Positions 13,109 to 25,278 of a DNA stretch of 64,000 nucleotides are shown here, piece by piece. The position numbers and the translations under genes are program-made. The notes below the pieces were generated by a model. The model was not told the origin of the DNA. It did no database searches and saw only the letters and a list, made by a program, of their open reading frames with translations. Within the stretch, counting starts at the first letter, position 1; the number at the start of each line of letters is the position of its first letter. The stretch comes from Squalus acanthias (taxonomy: Eukaryota): assembly GCA_030390025.1 (NCBI GenBank), contig CM059433.1, forward strand, positions 7,690,001 through 7,754,000, read 5' to 3'.

Positions 13109-13395
13109 AAAAGCATAAATACTGCTGATGCTGGAAATCTGAAATAAAAACAGAAAATGCTGGAAATACACAGCAGGTCAGGCAGCATCTGTAGAGAGAG
13201 AAACAGAGTTAACGTTTCAGGTCGATGACCCTTCGTCATCTCTCTCTCTCTCTCTCTTCACCTGACGAAGGAGCAGCGCTCGGAAAACTTGTGATTTCAA
13301 ATAAAACTGTTGGACTATAACCTGGTGTTGTGCGACTTCTCACATCTCTCTACAGATGCGGTCAGACCTGCTGAGCATTTCCAGTTTTTATTTCT
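13109..13395. mobile_element. Penelope family-B repeat with a nested family-A repeat (about 13256-13345)
   Basis: 10-bp TSD GTTTACTTCC (13099-13108 and 13396-13405); both hammerhead-bearing repeat types are present and both are damaged. Confidence 0.75.
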
Positions 13396-13752
13396 GTTTA
13401 CTTCCCTTTATTATGCAATTCAATGGCAACCGACTCTTGCCAAGATTGGACTTCACACGGTGGAGTAAACACTCACTGTGCAGCGGACGTAATGTAAACA
13501 CTCCCAGCGTGTTGTAGACATGTGCACGTGGATTGTGTTTGTAATAATAATATTTTTTTTTTAAAAAAAAAGGACTGTCCGCCTTTCGTCAAGTTAAAAC
13601 TGAATGAGGCCCGAGGGTAGCAGTGCTATCTGGGTGGTGATGAGGATAGACAAGGGTGGGACACGGGGTCGCACACAGGTAAACACACCAGACCTGGAGG
13701 GAGGAGAAGGAGCCTGGCTAGTGCTCAAGGCTCAGTCAACTCAAAGACTCAC

Positions 13753-13795
13753 TGTGACTGGGCATTGCGACCATCCGCCTGAAATCTTCATCCAT
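13753..13795 (-). CDS. E2F6: Probable first coding exon of E2F6 (MDEDFRRMVAMPSH plus 1 nt)
   Basis: ATG in strong context (atcATGG) with an in-frame TAA two codons upstream; perfect GTGAGT donor at 13752-13747; the phase-1 end matches the phase-1 start of the 752-956 exon; lies just downstream of a CpG island. Confidence 0.65.
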
Positions 13796-13849
13796 GATTT
13801 ATTCTTGTGATGATAAAAGCCACTTCTCTCTCCAACTCTCCTCTTCACT

Positions 13850-14212
13850 CAGGGCCGGCGACAACTCCCAGCCCCCCTCGGCTCGGCCCGGCCCGGCCCG
13901 GCCTGCCTACAACCTGTGTAACCGAACGAGCCCGACCCGACCCCCAACTAGCCTGGCTCGACGCTGATCGCCTTTTCCCCCCCCCGCGACCCCCAGCCTG
14001 AGGCCGGGCTCCGCCGCCCCGCTGGTCACCGAGGAGGAGCCGCCGCCGCTGCCGCTTGTTGTTTATTTTTCTCTCGCTCTCGCCGACCCAAACGGCAAAA
14101 TGGCGCCGCGCATGCCCAGAAGGCGCCGCCCTAACGCCGGGCGCATGCGCGCCGAGCCGCCGTGCCGTCCGCTTGTCGCAAAGGCGCCTTTCCCCCCCGG
14201 CGCCATCTTGTT
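13850..14212. promoter_or_regulatory. CpG-island promoter / 5' UTR of E2F6
   Basis: Very GC/CpG-rich non-repeat tract with YY1-type motifs CAAAATGGCG (14096-14105) and CGCCATCTTG (14201-14210), an NRF1 palindrome GCGCATGCGC (14141-14150) and GCC repeats. Confidence 0.75.
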
Positions 14213-14214
14213 AA

Positions 14215-14690
14215 AAAAGAAAAGACTTTGGCATTTTATACCGCGCCTGTTCACGACCACCGGACGTCCCGTAAGCGCTTTACAGCCAATGAGGTACTTT
14301 TTTTTTTGAAGTGGAGTCACTGTGGGAAACGCGGCAGCCAATTTGGGCACAGCAAGCTCCCACAAACAAGCAATGCGATAATGACCCAGATCATTTTTTT
14401 TAATGTTGGTTGAGGGGTAAATATTGGCCCCAGGACAGTGGGGATAACTCCCCTGCTCTTCTTGGAAACAGTGCCCATGGGATCTTTTACGTCCACCCGA
14501 GAGGGCAGACAGGGCCTCGGTTTTAACGTCTCATCCGAAAGACGGCACCTCCGACAGTGCGGCACTCCCTCAGCACTAGCACTGGAGTGTCAGCCTGGCT
14601 TTATGTGCTTCAAGTCCCTGGAATGCGACTATGAACCCACAACCTTCTGACTCAGAGGCGAGTGTGCTACCAACTGAGCCACAGCTGACA
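14215..14690 (-). mobile_element. SacSINE1/DeuSINE-type SINE, full length; partial copies at 14695-14850 and 15010-15305
   Basis: tRNA head tcagctgtggctcagttggtagcac, Deu-like core and L2-type tail gctatataaatgcaagtc. Confidence 0.85.
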
Positions 14691-15321
14691 CAGAACAAGA
14701 AGACTTGCATTTTATATCGCGCCTATTCACGACCACCGGACATCTTTGCAGCCAATGAAGTACTGAGTTTTTGGAGTGTAGTCGCTGTTGTAATGTGGGA
14801 AACGCGGCAGCCAATTTGGGCACAGCAAGCTCCCACGAACAAGCAATTTCCGCAACCGGTGGGCACCGCAGGGACTGGTATGCATCATCACCCATGACAA
14901 CCATATTTTAATTTAAGTTGTTAAGTTTCATTTAATGTTTTTGTTAAGTTACAGTTTATTTGTTTTATGCTGCATACCAAAAGAATACACTCAAAGGGTG
15001 ACCAATATTGGGGAAAAAAAACAATAATGTGATAATGACCAGATAATCTATTTTTTGTTATGATGGATAAATATTGGCCAGGACACCGGGGATAACTTCC
15101 CTGCTCTTCTTCGAAAGAGTGCCCATGTGATCTTTTACGTCCACCCAAGAGAGCAGACGGGGCCTCGGTTTAACATCTCATGTCGAAAGACAGCACCACT
15201 CCCTCAGCACTGTCAGCCTAGCTTTATGTGCCTTGGAGTGGGACTTGAGACTCACAACCTTCTGACTCTGGAGGCGAGTGTGCTACCCACTGAGCCACAG
15301 CTGAGACTGTCTTCTGATCTG

Positions 15322-15584
15322 TAGGGCTTGTCAACCTCCCAGGAGTCTCCAGGAATTAAAGTTCAATCTCCTGGACACCGCTGCCAGAAACCTTGGAGAA
15401 GAATCATAGCGATTTAAAAAAAAACTGTTTTGTTTTCATTTTCTTTAAACACTTTTGCTTCTCGGTTATAAAAAATATTGGAGATGGGGCAGAAGGCTAT
15501 TTGACTGGACAGGGGGGTGGTTGGAGGCAGGAGGCCATGTAATGAAACCTCTAGGAAGACGTCCAACCAGAGTTGGAAACCCGA
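15322..15584. mobile_element. hAT-type MITE, degraded
   Basis: Termini TAGGGCTTGTCAAC / GTTGGAAACCCGA resemble TAGGGTTGCCAAC-type TIRs. Confidence 0.55.
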
Positions 15585-16426
15585 TACTTGGACCAGTAAC
15601 TTGGATTGGGAAATACTAACATGGAAGTGCTCATTTTTATACCCTTTCGATTGTAAAAGATGACCTTCTTATGTATATCTTTTAAAGAAGGTCTAATCTC
15701 TATATTTTTTAATTGTTGCTGTAGTGCTGATTTAAATTGTAGGAGAAAATACATTGCAAATCCATTTAAGATGAATAGATTTTTTTTTTTACAGAAGGAC
15801 ATTGACATAGGTAGAGTTTACATTTTGTTGCAAAGGCTATGAACTTATTGGCTCCAGTTTTCAAACTGCCCCTTACTGCAGTTTAACAATCTTCCTCTGT
15901 GTATTTTTATTGTCTTTATCAATTTTTAAAAATCTTTCAAAATTTAAACTAGCTTTCAAAAGTATGTTTTAAGAGTAAATGAGAATAAATAGTACTAAAT
16001 GTCACAAAGGAAATGCCATGGATAACTCGAGGGTGAATTTCAGCGAAAGAGCTCAATAATAACACAAGTTCACAATTTTTTGTGAATTTATGCATTTAAA
16101 TGCCATATTCCCATGTAATATTGCAACTATCTGGATTTTGAAGCAGGCCGGGTGGGTACGGTAAGGGGCAAGTCTTACAGGACTAAGTGTAAGACTTTCT
16201 GAGCCATTTTCAGAATGTGAGGAGTATATGCAGCAATGAACTCCTAGACAGGAGGGACTTCAAGATGTGGGGATCTTTCTTTAGTGGTGGTGTGAGGAAA
16301 AGTCTCCTGTAGTTTGACATGGAGAACCCTACATCATTTACTGATGAGTCTCTAAATTACAGCAGAGCGGGACTAAACTTCAAAGGGAGGAGATTGTGAC
16401 TGAACATTTTGAATGTATATCACAAT

Positions 16427-17209
16427 GGCCTGTATTTTGTTGTCAGCGGCGAACGAATGGCGCTCAGCATTCATTACACTTACAGCTGCCCACAGACTTT
16501 TCGTGAGCTTTTGCGCTGCAATTTGTGGTAATTAGAGAGCCATTTCAGCGCGGCATCCTCTACAGGGGATCTGGGACCTGTGTGAGCAGGGCAAACAACG
16601 GCGTGTCTCATCAATCAATCAATCAGATTGAAGAATCGTTACTGAGACACGCAGAGTCTAAACCAGGAAGTGTACGTTAGAATATTTAAATCAATGTAAA
16701 ACCATGAACAGAAAGCGAAATAAAGAGAGGGAAAGAAAGATGGAATTAAGAGAGAGATAAAAGAGCCAGGAAAATAAAGTTTAAAAAAATATAATTTAAC
16801 ATTTTTAAATCTCCAACAATAATTGAAATCTGAAGGAATGAGACTCCACACTTGTAAAAGTTAATTTTCAGTGCCAGAGAGGTTGTTTGGTAGTAATTAA
16901 GACTTGTTGTGCCGTTAAAAATTCACTTACACTTGAATGGACAAGCCCTAACTTTTTCCGGCATGTTTAGTGGGTATCTAGTGAGTAAGTACTGCAACTA
17001 CACGCCCTTCATGTGTTTTAATGCCGAGTCTCTCGGTGAGGTAATGGTGTGGCGAAGCTTGTGGAGGAGCAGGGCAAATTGCACTACAACTTCCTGATTT
17101 CCGTGTTTAACTGTGCATATGCGCACACTGGAAGTTGCTGTCTGATTTACCCCGTAATAACGGTGAGCGCTGATAGCCTTACCGTTACTCTTACTGCAAA
17201 ATCCGGGGC
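16427..17209. mobile_element. Harbinger-type MITE related to 11858-12388
   Basis: Degenerate TIRs GGCCTGTATTTTG / CAAAATCCGGGGC; subterminal similarity to the 11.9 kb copy. Confidence 0.65.
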
Positions 17210-17589
17210 ATTATGTGTCACCTTTTCTGTTTATCATGCGTGAAAGAACCAGTCTTAGAATTTTTATGCTCAGCTATCAATCAGTGAAAATGTAATGTTC
17301 CAATCTGCTACAGAGGGCTCATGCATGTTGTGACAAACAAACGAATAAACTCCAATATAAATCCAAACATAACATCATAACGAAAACTACTGACATCTGT
17401 TCTTTCATTTATGCTCCCAGTCTTTTACAATCTCTTCCCTCTTAAGTCTCACACACTGCCTCTTACACACATGCACACCCAGTCTCACAATCAGATACAC
17501 ACCAGGACAAGAGAGAGAGACAGGAATAGAAAAGACAGGAATAGAAAAAACACAAATACACAAAAAGAGTAGAGTAAATGAATATTTTT

Positions 17590-18710
17590 CACATTGGCAG
17601 GATAGTGGTGTGCCCAGGGATCTATTGGGACCTCTTGTTTTCCATTTACATAAATGTTTTGGAAATGGGCACAAAATAAAGTATATCAAAGTTTACTAAT
17701 GATGCTAAATTAAGGTGCATGGCAAATTGGAATAATGCAAGAGGACATAGGTTGGAAGATGGGTGACCGGATGCATTTCAATACAGAGATTTGTGAGATA
17801 GCACCTTTTGGGGAGGGGGAGTGAAAACTATACATTAAAGGTAAGATTTTTTTAAATCCTAGAGGAACAGAGTGTAGCAGTACAGATACATAGATCTTTA
17901 AAGGTGGGATTGCAGGTAGAAAAGGCCATAAAAAGGCAAATGGGATTCTGGGTTTTATACATAGTGGCATTGATTCTAAAAGCAAGGAAGTGATGTTCAC
18001 TTTGTACAAGGCATGGTTAGGGCATATTTGGAGTGCTGCATGCAATTCCTGGTACCCCATATGGGAAGGATATTACAATCATAGTAAGGGTACAGCAAAG
18101 ATTCACTGGATTGATACCAGGAATGAAAGATTATAATTATCAAAAAAGACTCTCAAAATCAGGGATGTTTTCACTGGAGTGGAAAACATTAAGCGTGACC
18201 TAATAGGAGGTTTTCAAAATTCTGAAAGGCTTTAAAAGGGTAAACAGTGGAATGTTGTTGCTGAATTGGGAACAGGAGGTTGAAGATGATCATCTGAAGA
18301 ACAAAAAGGGAATTTTCCCCCCACAAGGGGTCATTAGGGCAAGGAATACTTTACCACAAGTGGCTATTGAGGCAGAGATTGTATCTTCATTTAGAGCAGC
18401 GGTTCCCAACCTGTGGTCCGCGGACCACCAGTGGTCTGCGAGGGTACTGCAGGTGGTCCGTGAAAAAAAAAATTATACTGTAATAATAATATCATCACGT
18501 GTACCTCGGCTAGTGGTCCGCAAAAGCTTTTGATGACGATGTAGTGGTCCGCATAAAGGAAAAGGTTGGGAACCGCTGATTTAGAGTATAATTGGATAGG
18601 TATTAGAAAACAATGAATATATCAAGATATAATGTAGGTAGCTCTAGTTGGGGAACTAGCACTGGTATAGGCACAGTGGGCCAAATTACCCCCTCCTATG
18701 CTGTAATGTC
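17590..18710 (+). mobile_element. Old, degraded CR1 LINE
   Basis: Remnants of GVPQG, KFxDD and LYKA..R..LE motifs and a CR1 tail. Confidence 0.7.
18397..18578. mobile_element. hAT-Charlie MITE, 182 bp
   Basis: Perfect 16-bp TIR CAGCGGTTCCCAACCT and perfect 8-bp TSD ATTTAGAG. Confidence 0.92.
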
Positions 18711-19158
18711 AGAGAACCATAGGCACATCATAGAACAGAGAGAGAAGCACAGATACACACAGAAATAGAGGGGGTGTGAGTTAAAATAACAGATAGATAA
18801 AGGACCAAGAAGAGAACAGTAAATAATCACTGATAAACACAGAAGCATAGTGAGTGTTAGAACCACAGGTACACACAAAGACAGAGTGAAAGAGCCAGCA
18901 ACATACAGTGATAGAGATGAACCACAAATACACACAAAGAGCAACCAATATACAGGGAGCGAGCCACAGATATACACAAAGCTGAAAAGAGACAGCACAG
19001 ATACAGGGAAAGAGAATGTACACACGGGCAAAGACAGATTTTTGTCATTGTTGGACATCCTGGAGAGATGTAAGTTGGACATCTTGGGGAGGTAACAGTC
19101 AAACTTCTTTGTGTCTTGGAGCAACAGGCCTTCCAATATAAACAGAATGGCTTTGAAG

Positions 19159-19650
19159 TGTCGTGAGAGGAAAGCATAGCTGCCATGAGTGATTAAAATG
19201 TAAGCTTTGGGGCTAGGGTAATAAATAGGGGTAGGACGTATCCATTAGCTATAGTATAGAAAGATAATGGTTGATAAAGCTTATTCTTCAAAGATGTTAG
19301 TCACTGTTACGTCAGGAAGTCTTGTTTAGGGGAAATAGCCTTGGAGTAAACAACTACAAGTGTTTACATGAATAGATTGTCTTAAAAGGATTTGGGAATA
19401 GATACGTCATGAAGTCTTATCTATGACATGTGCCTTTGATGTAGGCAAAATGGTGTATAAAGGAGCATGATTTTCAGAATTTCTTTGGAGGGCATGAAAG
19501 ATAGAGAAACCGAAAAGCCACTCTCTGTATACAGTTAAGCTGATCACCTGTACTGTATATCAATAAAGTCTGCTCCATATACTACACTATGAAGTGTTTC
19601 GTGCTCACTCGAAACGTGTTGTTGTGAACCAGAGGAGAAAGAAGGTTGAC
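19159..19650 (+). mobile_element. Probable solo LTR
   Basis: Starts TGTC, TATAAA at about 19457, AATAAA at about 19562; no clear TSD. Confidence 0.45.
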
Positions 19651-20650
19651 TGCTAATAATTGTCAAAAATGTGAGCGAGTTATGTCCAAAGGCAAGCTTA
19701 TACAAAATATAAAAAATAACTTATTTTGCTCCAGAACTAATTCATCTTGCTCCAACAAAAATGGCTATATCTAACCCGCAAGACGGTAAATTGAAAGGTT
19801 ATATTAATATCTTGCAATTTCATGTGATTAACTTCAGATGCCATTTTGGGAATGTTTGTGATGAATTTGGCTGCTTCTCTTCAGCCTAGTAAAGTCCATG
19901 ACAGGTCAATAATTGTGTGTTGCCTGTGACTGGTATGGATGCTGTAATATCAAAGGGACATGATTTACCTGTATTGCCATCACAATTGGCAAGATACAAT
20001 AGGGCTGTTGTCACCCATCTAGTTCACTAATGTCCTTTAAGGAAGGAAATCTGCCGTCCTTACCCGGTCTGGCCTATATGTGACTCCAGACCCACAGCAA
20101 TGTGGTTGACTCTTAACTGCCCTCTGAAATGGCCTAGCAAGCCACTTGGTTGTTTTCAAGAAGGCAGCTTACCAGCACCTTCTCGAGGGCAATTAAGGAT
20201 GGGCAATAAATGCTGGCCTTGCTGGTGACGTCCACATCCCGTGAAGGAATAAATTAAAAAAAAAAACCCTGTGAAGCTGAATTCAAGAATAGCTTCTCCG
20301 GGCAAGAGGGTATTAACGGGGACAAAAAACTTCAATAAGTGTTCGAGACATCTTGGTTTTTGTTGCGATGAAACAACGCAGCACTTCTCTCTCTCCACAA
20401 CGGACAATAACGGTCCCTTTAAAAATATTTTCTCAGAGGTTTTTTTATAATTAACAACCTTAGCCATAAAAAAAAATCAAGCGGTATGTAGCTTCTGACA
20501 GTCTCTATGATCAATCCAGAACTTAACACTGTCTCTGCATTCTGCTCGGACTCCACCAAAAGCTGCAGTGCAATAGATCACAACTGCCCATCTTCAGCTC
20601 ACAACACCAGTAACAGTTCCCGAACATTAATCTACCAACTCCCCTCCCAC

Positions 20651-21279
20651 TGTAGGCGGTTTTAAATGCCCTTATTTACTTAGACTCGACTGGCATAAAT
20701 GGTGACGACAAAGGGTACTCGCTTTAGTAAACCAGAACAGTTTATTAAACACACCCAGCATGCATTATACAAACTTGGACAGTAACGACTTGGTTAAAAT
20801 ACAAGCTTTATTTCCCGTACAACCAAGGACGACGGAACGCGCTGACGTGGGAGGCTTTGCTGGACTCCCTCTCTTCTGTCTTCTCTGAAGTCGTCTCCTC
20901 CGTGTGGCTTGGGGTTTGGATGTTAGCTTTCTTGTACCTTTTCTCAATGTGCATTAGTCACATTCCTTGTTGATGGCTGTCTGAGCTTCACTTTGTTTAG
21001 TTGGTGGTCGGATCATTGTGTTCGAATCTCATGATTAGGTTCCATCTCCTCTGATCTTTGTGTACAGACAGAAAGCATTAACCAGCAAGCGTAGTTACAT
21101 TAGCCATCTCCGTAAGGCCATTAACAAATCTGGCCTTAAAGACAGGGCCTTTGTGTACGGTGTCTGACAGACAGAAAGCATTAATTTAACAAGCACATTT
21201 ATAATGGTCCAGCAAGTAAAGCCAGTAACAAGATTGGCTCTTGTGACTGTTGCCTCAGCGAAGATATTAACACTTTACA
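20651..21279 (-). mobile_element. Solo LTR
   Basis: TGTA...TACA termini, near-TSD CCAC/CCAA, AATAAA on the minus strand and an internal short duplication (acagacagaaagcattaa). Confidence 0.6.
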
Positions 21280-21525
21280 CCAATCAATCACGGCTTTCAA
21301 AAGGGAGTTGGGTAAGTATCTGAAGGAAAGAAATTTGCAGGGCTACGGGGAAAGGGCGGGGGAGTGGGACTAGCTGAAGTGCTCTTGCAGAGAGACGGCA
21401 CGGGCCGAATGGCCGCCTTCCGTGCTGTAACCATTCTATGATTCTATGGAGGATTCCTTAAAACCTACCTCTTTGACCAAGCTTTTGGTCACCTGCCCTA
21501 ATTTCTGCTTATGTGGCTCGGTGTC

Positions 21526-23108
21526 TGAAAGGGCTTGACCGGGTAATTACAGAGGAGTCTACCTGCTGTCTGCCACAGGCAAAGTCATCGCAAGAATCCT
21601 CCTCAATCGCCTTCTCCCAGTGGCTGAAGAGCTCCTTCCAGAGTCGCAATGCGGATTCCGCCCGCTAAGGGGCACAATGGACATGATCTTCACCGCGCGT
21701 CAACTACAAGAGAAATGCAGGGAACAGCACCAACCGCTGTACATGGCCTTCTTTGACCTCACAAAGGCCTTCGACACCGTCAACCGTGAGGGATTATGGA
21801 GTGTCCTCAAATTCGGCTGCCCTCAAAAGTTTGTCACCATCCTCCACCTGCTTCACGATGACATGCAAGCCGTGATCCTGACCAACGGATCTACCACAGA
21901 CCCAATTCACGTACGGACCGGGGTCAAGCAAGGCTGTGTCATCGCACCAACGCTCTTCTCGATCTTCCTGGCTGCAATGCTCCATCTCACCCTCAGTAAA
22001 CTCCCCGCTGGAGTGGAGCTAATCTACAGAGCAAACAGGAAACTGTTCAACCTCCGTCGCCTCCAGTCCAGATCCAAGGTCGCCCCATCCTCTGTCATCG
22101 AATTACAGCATGCAGACGACGCTTGCGTCTGTGCACACTCTGAGGTCGAACTCCAAACCATCGTCGACACCTTCACTGAAGCGTACGAGAGCATAGGCCT
22201 TACACTAAACTTCCGTAAGACAAAGGTCCTCTACCAACCTGCCCTCGCCACACAGTACTGCTCCCCGATTATCAAAATCCATGACGAGGCCTTGGACAAC
22301 GTGAACCACTTTCCATACCTCGGGAGCCTACTGTCAACAAGGGCAGACGTCGATGATGAAGTCCAACACCGCCTTCAGTGTACCAGTGCAGCCTTCGGTC
22401 GCCTGAGGAAGAGAGTGTTTGAAGACCAGGACCTCAAACCCAGCACCAAGCTCACGGTCTACTGAGCAGTAGTGATACCCACCCACCTGTATGCTTCAGA
22501 GACATGGACCATGTACAGCAGGCACCTCAAAGCACTGGAGAGGTACCACCAATGCTGCCTCTGCAAGATCCTGCAAATCCATTGGCAGGATAGGTGCACC
22601 AACGTCCGTGTTCTCGCTCAGGCCAACATGCCCAGCATCGAAGCTTTGACTACGCTCGATCAGCTCCGATGGACGGGTCACATCGTCCGCATGCCCGATA
22701 CGAGACTCCCAAAACAAGCGCTCTACTCGGAGCTCCAACATGGCAAGAGAGCCCCAGGTGGGCAGAGGAAACGCTTCAAGGATACCCTCAAAGCCTCCTT
22801 GAAAAAATGCAACATCCCCACCGACACCTGGGAATCCCTGGCCCAAGACCGCTCAAAGTGGAGGAGAAGCATCCGGGAAGGCGGCGAACACCTGGAGTCT
22901 CTTCGCCGGGATCAAGCGGAAGCCAAGCACAAACAGCGGAAGGAGCGCACGTCAACTCAAGCACCCCACCCACCCGCCCCTTCAACCACCGTCTGCTCCA
23001 CCTGTGACAGAGACTGTAGGTCCCGCATTGGACTCATCAGTCACCTGAGAACTAATTTTTAGTGTGGAAGCAAGTCATCCTCGGTTCTGAGGGACTGCCT
23101 AAGAAGAA
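21526..23108 (+). mobile_element. RTE-clade LINE, 5'-truncated, inserted into an L2 tail
   Basis: ORFs 21620-22465 and 22472-23062 are separated by one TGA: LLPESQCGFR, FFDLTKAFDTV, GVKQGC, HADD, QLRWTGH, C-terminal CxxC..H; (AAG)n tail; TSD GGCT[C/G]GGTGTC. Confidence 0.92.
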
Positions 23109-23374
23109 GGCTGGGTGTCAAATTTTTTTGTGTGATAATACTCCTGTGCCGCGCCTTGGGACGTTTTACTACATTAAAGGCGCTATATAAATACAAGTTG
23201 TTGATGTTGTTGGAGGCAGCTTTAACAGGTCAAACTAATTCCACAGTTTGCAATAATTGTGTTATCCTTTCAATATCTGACATTTATTTTACAACAGTGA
23301 ATATTTAACATCTGTAAAGAAATGTCAATAACTTTTTGAGGGCGAGAAGTTCCTAAATTAAAACATTTTCCCTC

Positions 23375-23617
23375 TCCAGTACTCAGCCCCACAACCCCCA
23401 GAGATATCTGCGCTGCTCTGATTCTGCCCTCTTGAGAGCATCCCTGATTATCATCGCTCAACCATTGGTGGCCGTGCCTTCCGCTGCCTAGGCCCTAAGC
23501 TCTGGAATTCCCTGCCTAAACCTCTTTGCCTCGCTGCCTCTCTTTCCTCCTTTAAGACGCTCCTTAAAACCTACCTCTTTCACCAAGCTTTTGGTCACCT
23601 GCCCTAATTTCTCCTTA
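23375..23617 (+). mobile_element. L2 3' fragment
   Basis: Matches 6195-6415. Confidence 0.8.
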
Positions 23618-24081
23618 TCAGCTGTGGCTCAGTTGGTAGCACACTCGCCTCTGAGTCAGAAGGTTGTGGGTTCAAGTCCCATTCCAGGGACTTGAGCACA
23701 TAAAGTTAGGCTGACACTCCCAGTGCAGTGCTGAGGGAGCGCTGCACTGTCGGAGGTGCCGTCTTTTGTTTGAGACGTTAAACTGAGGTCCCGTCTGCCC
23801 TCTCAGGTGGACATAAAAGATTCCATGTCACTATTTTGAAGAAGACGAGGGGAGTTATCCCCGGTGTCCTGGCCAATATTTATCCCTCAACCAACATAAC
23901 AAAAACAGACCATCTGGTCATTATCACATTGCTGTTTGTGGGACCTTGCTGAGCGCAAATTGGCTGCCGTGTTTCCCACATTCCAACAGTAACTCCACTT
24001 CAAAAGTACTTAATTGACTGTAAAGAGCTTTGAGACATCCGGTGGTCGTGAAAGGCGCTATATAAATGCAAGTCTTTCTTT
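23618..24081 (+). mobile_element. SacSINE1/DeuSINE-type SINE, full length
   Basis: Same structure as 14215-14690. Confidence 0.88.
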
Positions 24082-24557
24082 ATCATAGAATCATAGAAAT
24101 TTACAGCACAGAAGGAGGCCATTCGGACCATCTTGTCTGTGCCAGCCGACAAAGAGCTCTCCACCCTTATCCCACTTTCCACACTTGGTCCGTAGCCCTG
24201 TCGGTTACGGCACTTCAAGTGCACATCCAAGTACTTTTTAAATGTGATGAGGGCCTCTGCCTCTACCACCCTTTCAGGCAGTGAGTTCCAGACCCCCCAC
24301 CACCCTCTGGGTGAAGAAATTTCTGCTGACTGCTGACGGGCACGGGGGCTTTGACCTGCTCCGTTTCCGACTCGGGCCGATTCCCCACTCTTTACAGCAG
24401 CCCGGTGACCCTGGACTCCTCCCGGGGAGCAAGGCACCATACCGCCGCCCAGCTTCGACCGAGCACACCCGCCCGCTCGACATAGATTCTGCGGCAGCCT
24501 AGAACTCGCGGCCGAATGGCCTCCTTCTGTGCTGTAAATTTCTATGATTCTATGATT
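24082..24557. mobile_element. Two outward-facing CR1 tails enclosing a GC-rich insert
   Basis: Minus-strand CR1 3' end at 24082-24324, insert at 24325-24509, plus-strand tail at 24510-24557. Confidence 0.8.
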
Positions 24558-24804
24558 CATCCTCTATATACACACAGTTAAAGACTTATGGAAAAATATG
24601 CATTCATCCAACTCTAGGATTAAAGCTCTCTTTCGCTTTTGTATTGAAGCTTTCATCCGTTTTGTGAACTATCTCATTATCACATTGTTCCGATTTGCTT
24701 TTGCAGGAATTATAATGCCCAATCGACTGTTGATAGTCATCACAATATGATTTTTTTTCCCCCACATTTCAAAAAAACTTGTGATTGCCCACTGTGTTTC
24801 ACGA

Positions 24805-25058
24805 GAGGAGCAGAAATGTCTTCACTCAGAGGGTGGTGAATCTTTGGAATTCTCTACCCCAGAGGGCTATGGAGGCTCATTCGTTGAGTATATTCAAGAC
24901 AGAGATCGATAGATTTTTGGATATTAAGGGAATCAAGGGATATGGGGATAGTTCAGGAAAGTGGAGATGAGGTAGAAGATCAGCCATGATCTTATTGAAT
25001 GGTGGAGCAGGCTCGAAGGGCTAAATGGCCTACTCCTGCTCCTATTTCTTATGTTCTT
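24805..25058 (+). mobile_element. CR1 3' end
   Basis: Nearly identical to 61300-61556. Confidence 0.88.
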
Positions 25059-25278
25059 ATAATAACGTGGAACTGAATTTACCGAGGGAATTGCAAATTT
25101 CCAAGCTTGCATTGTCAAGCCTGTTCCAATAGGTTGGTGTTACTGCTCTCTGCTGCTCAGTTTTTTTATTGCACTCAAAAAACCTGATATTACAGCTGTT
25201 GTACTCATACTGAACCTAAGGGGGCGCTAACTTCAACCCTCACAGAGAGCTGGTGCAGCACAGAGTTAGGAGAAATAA

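Noticed and set aside
18696..19186. Hydrophobic, Cys-rich ORFs
   Set aside because: They arise from degenerate (CA)/(GA)-rich low-complexity sequence.
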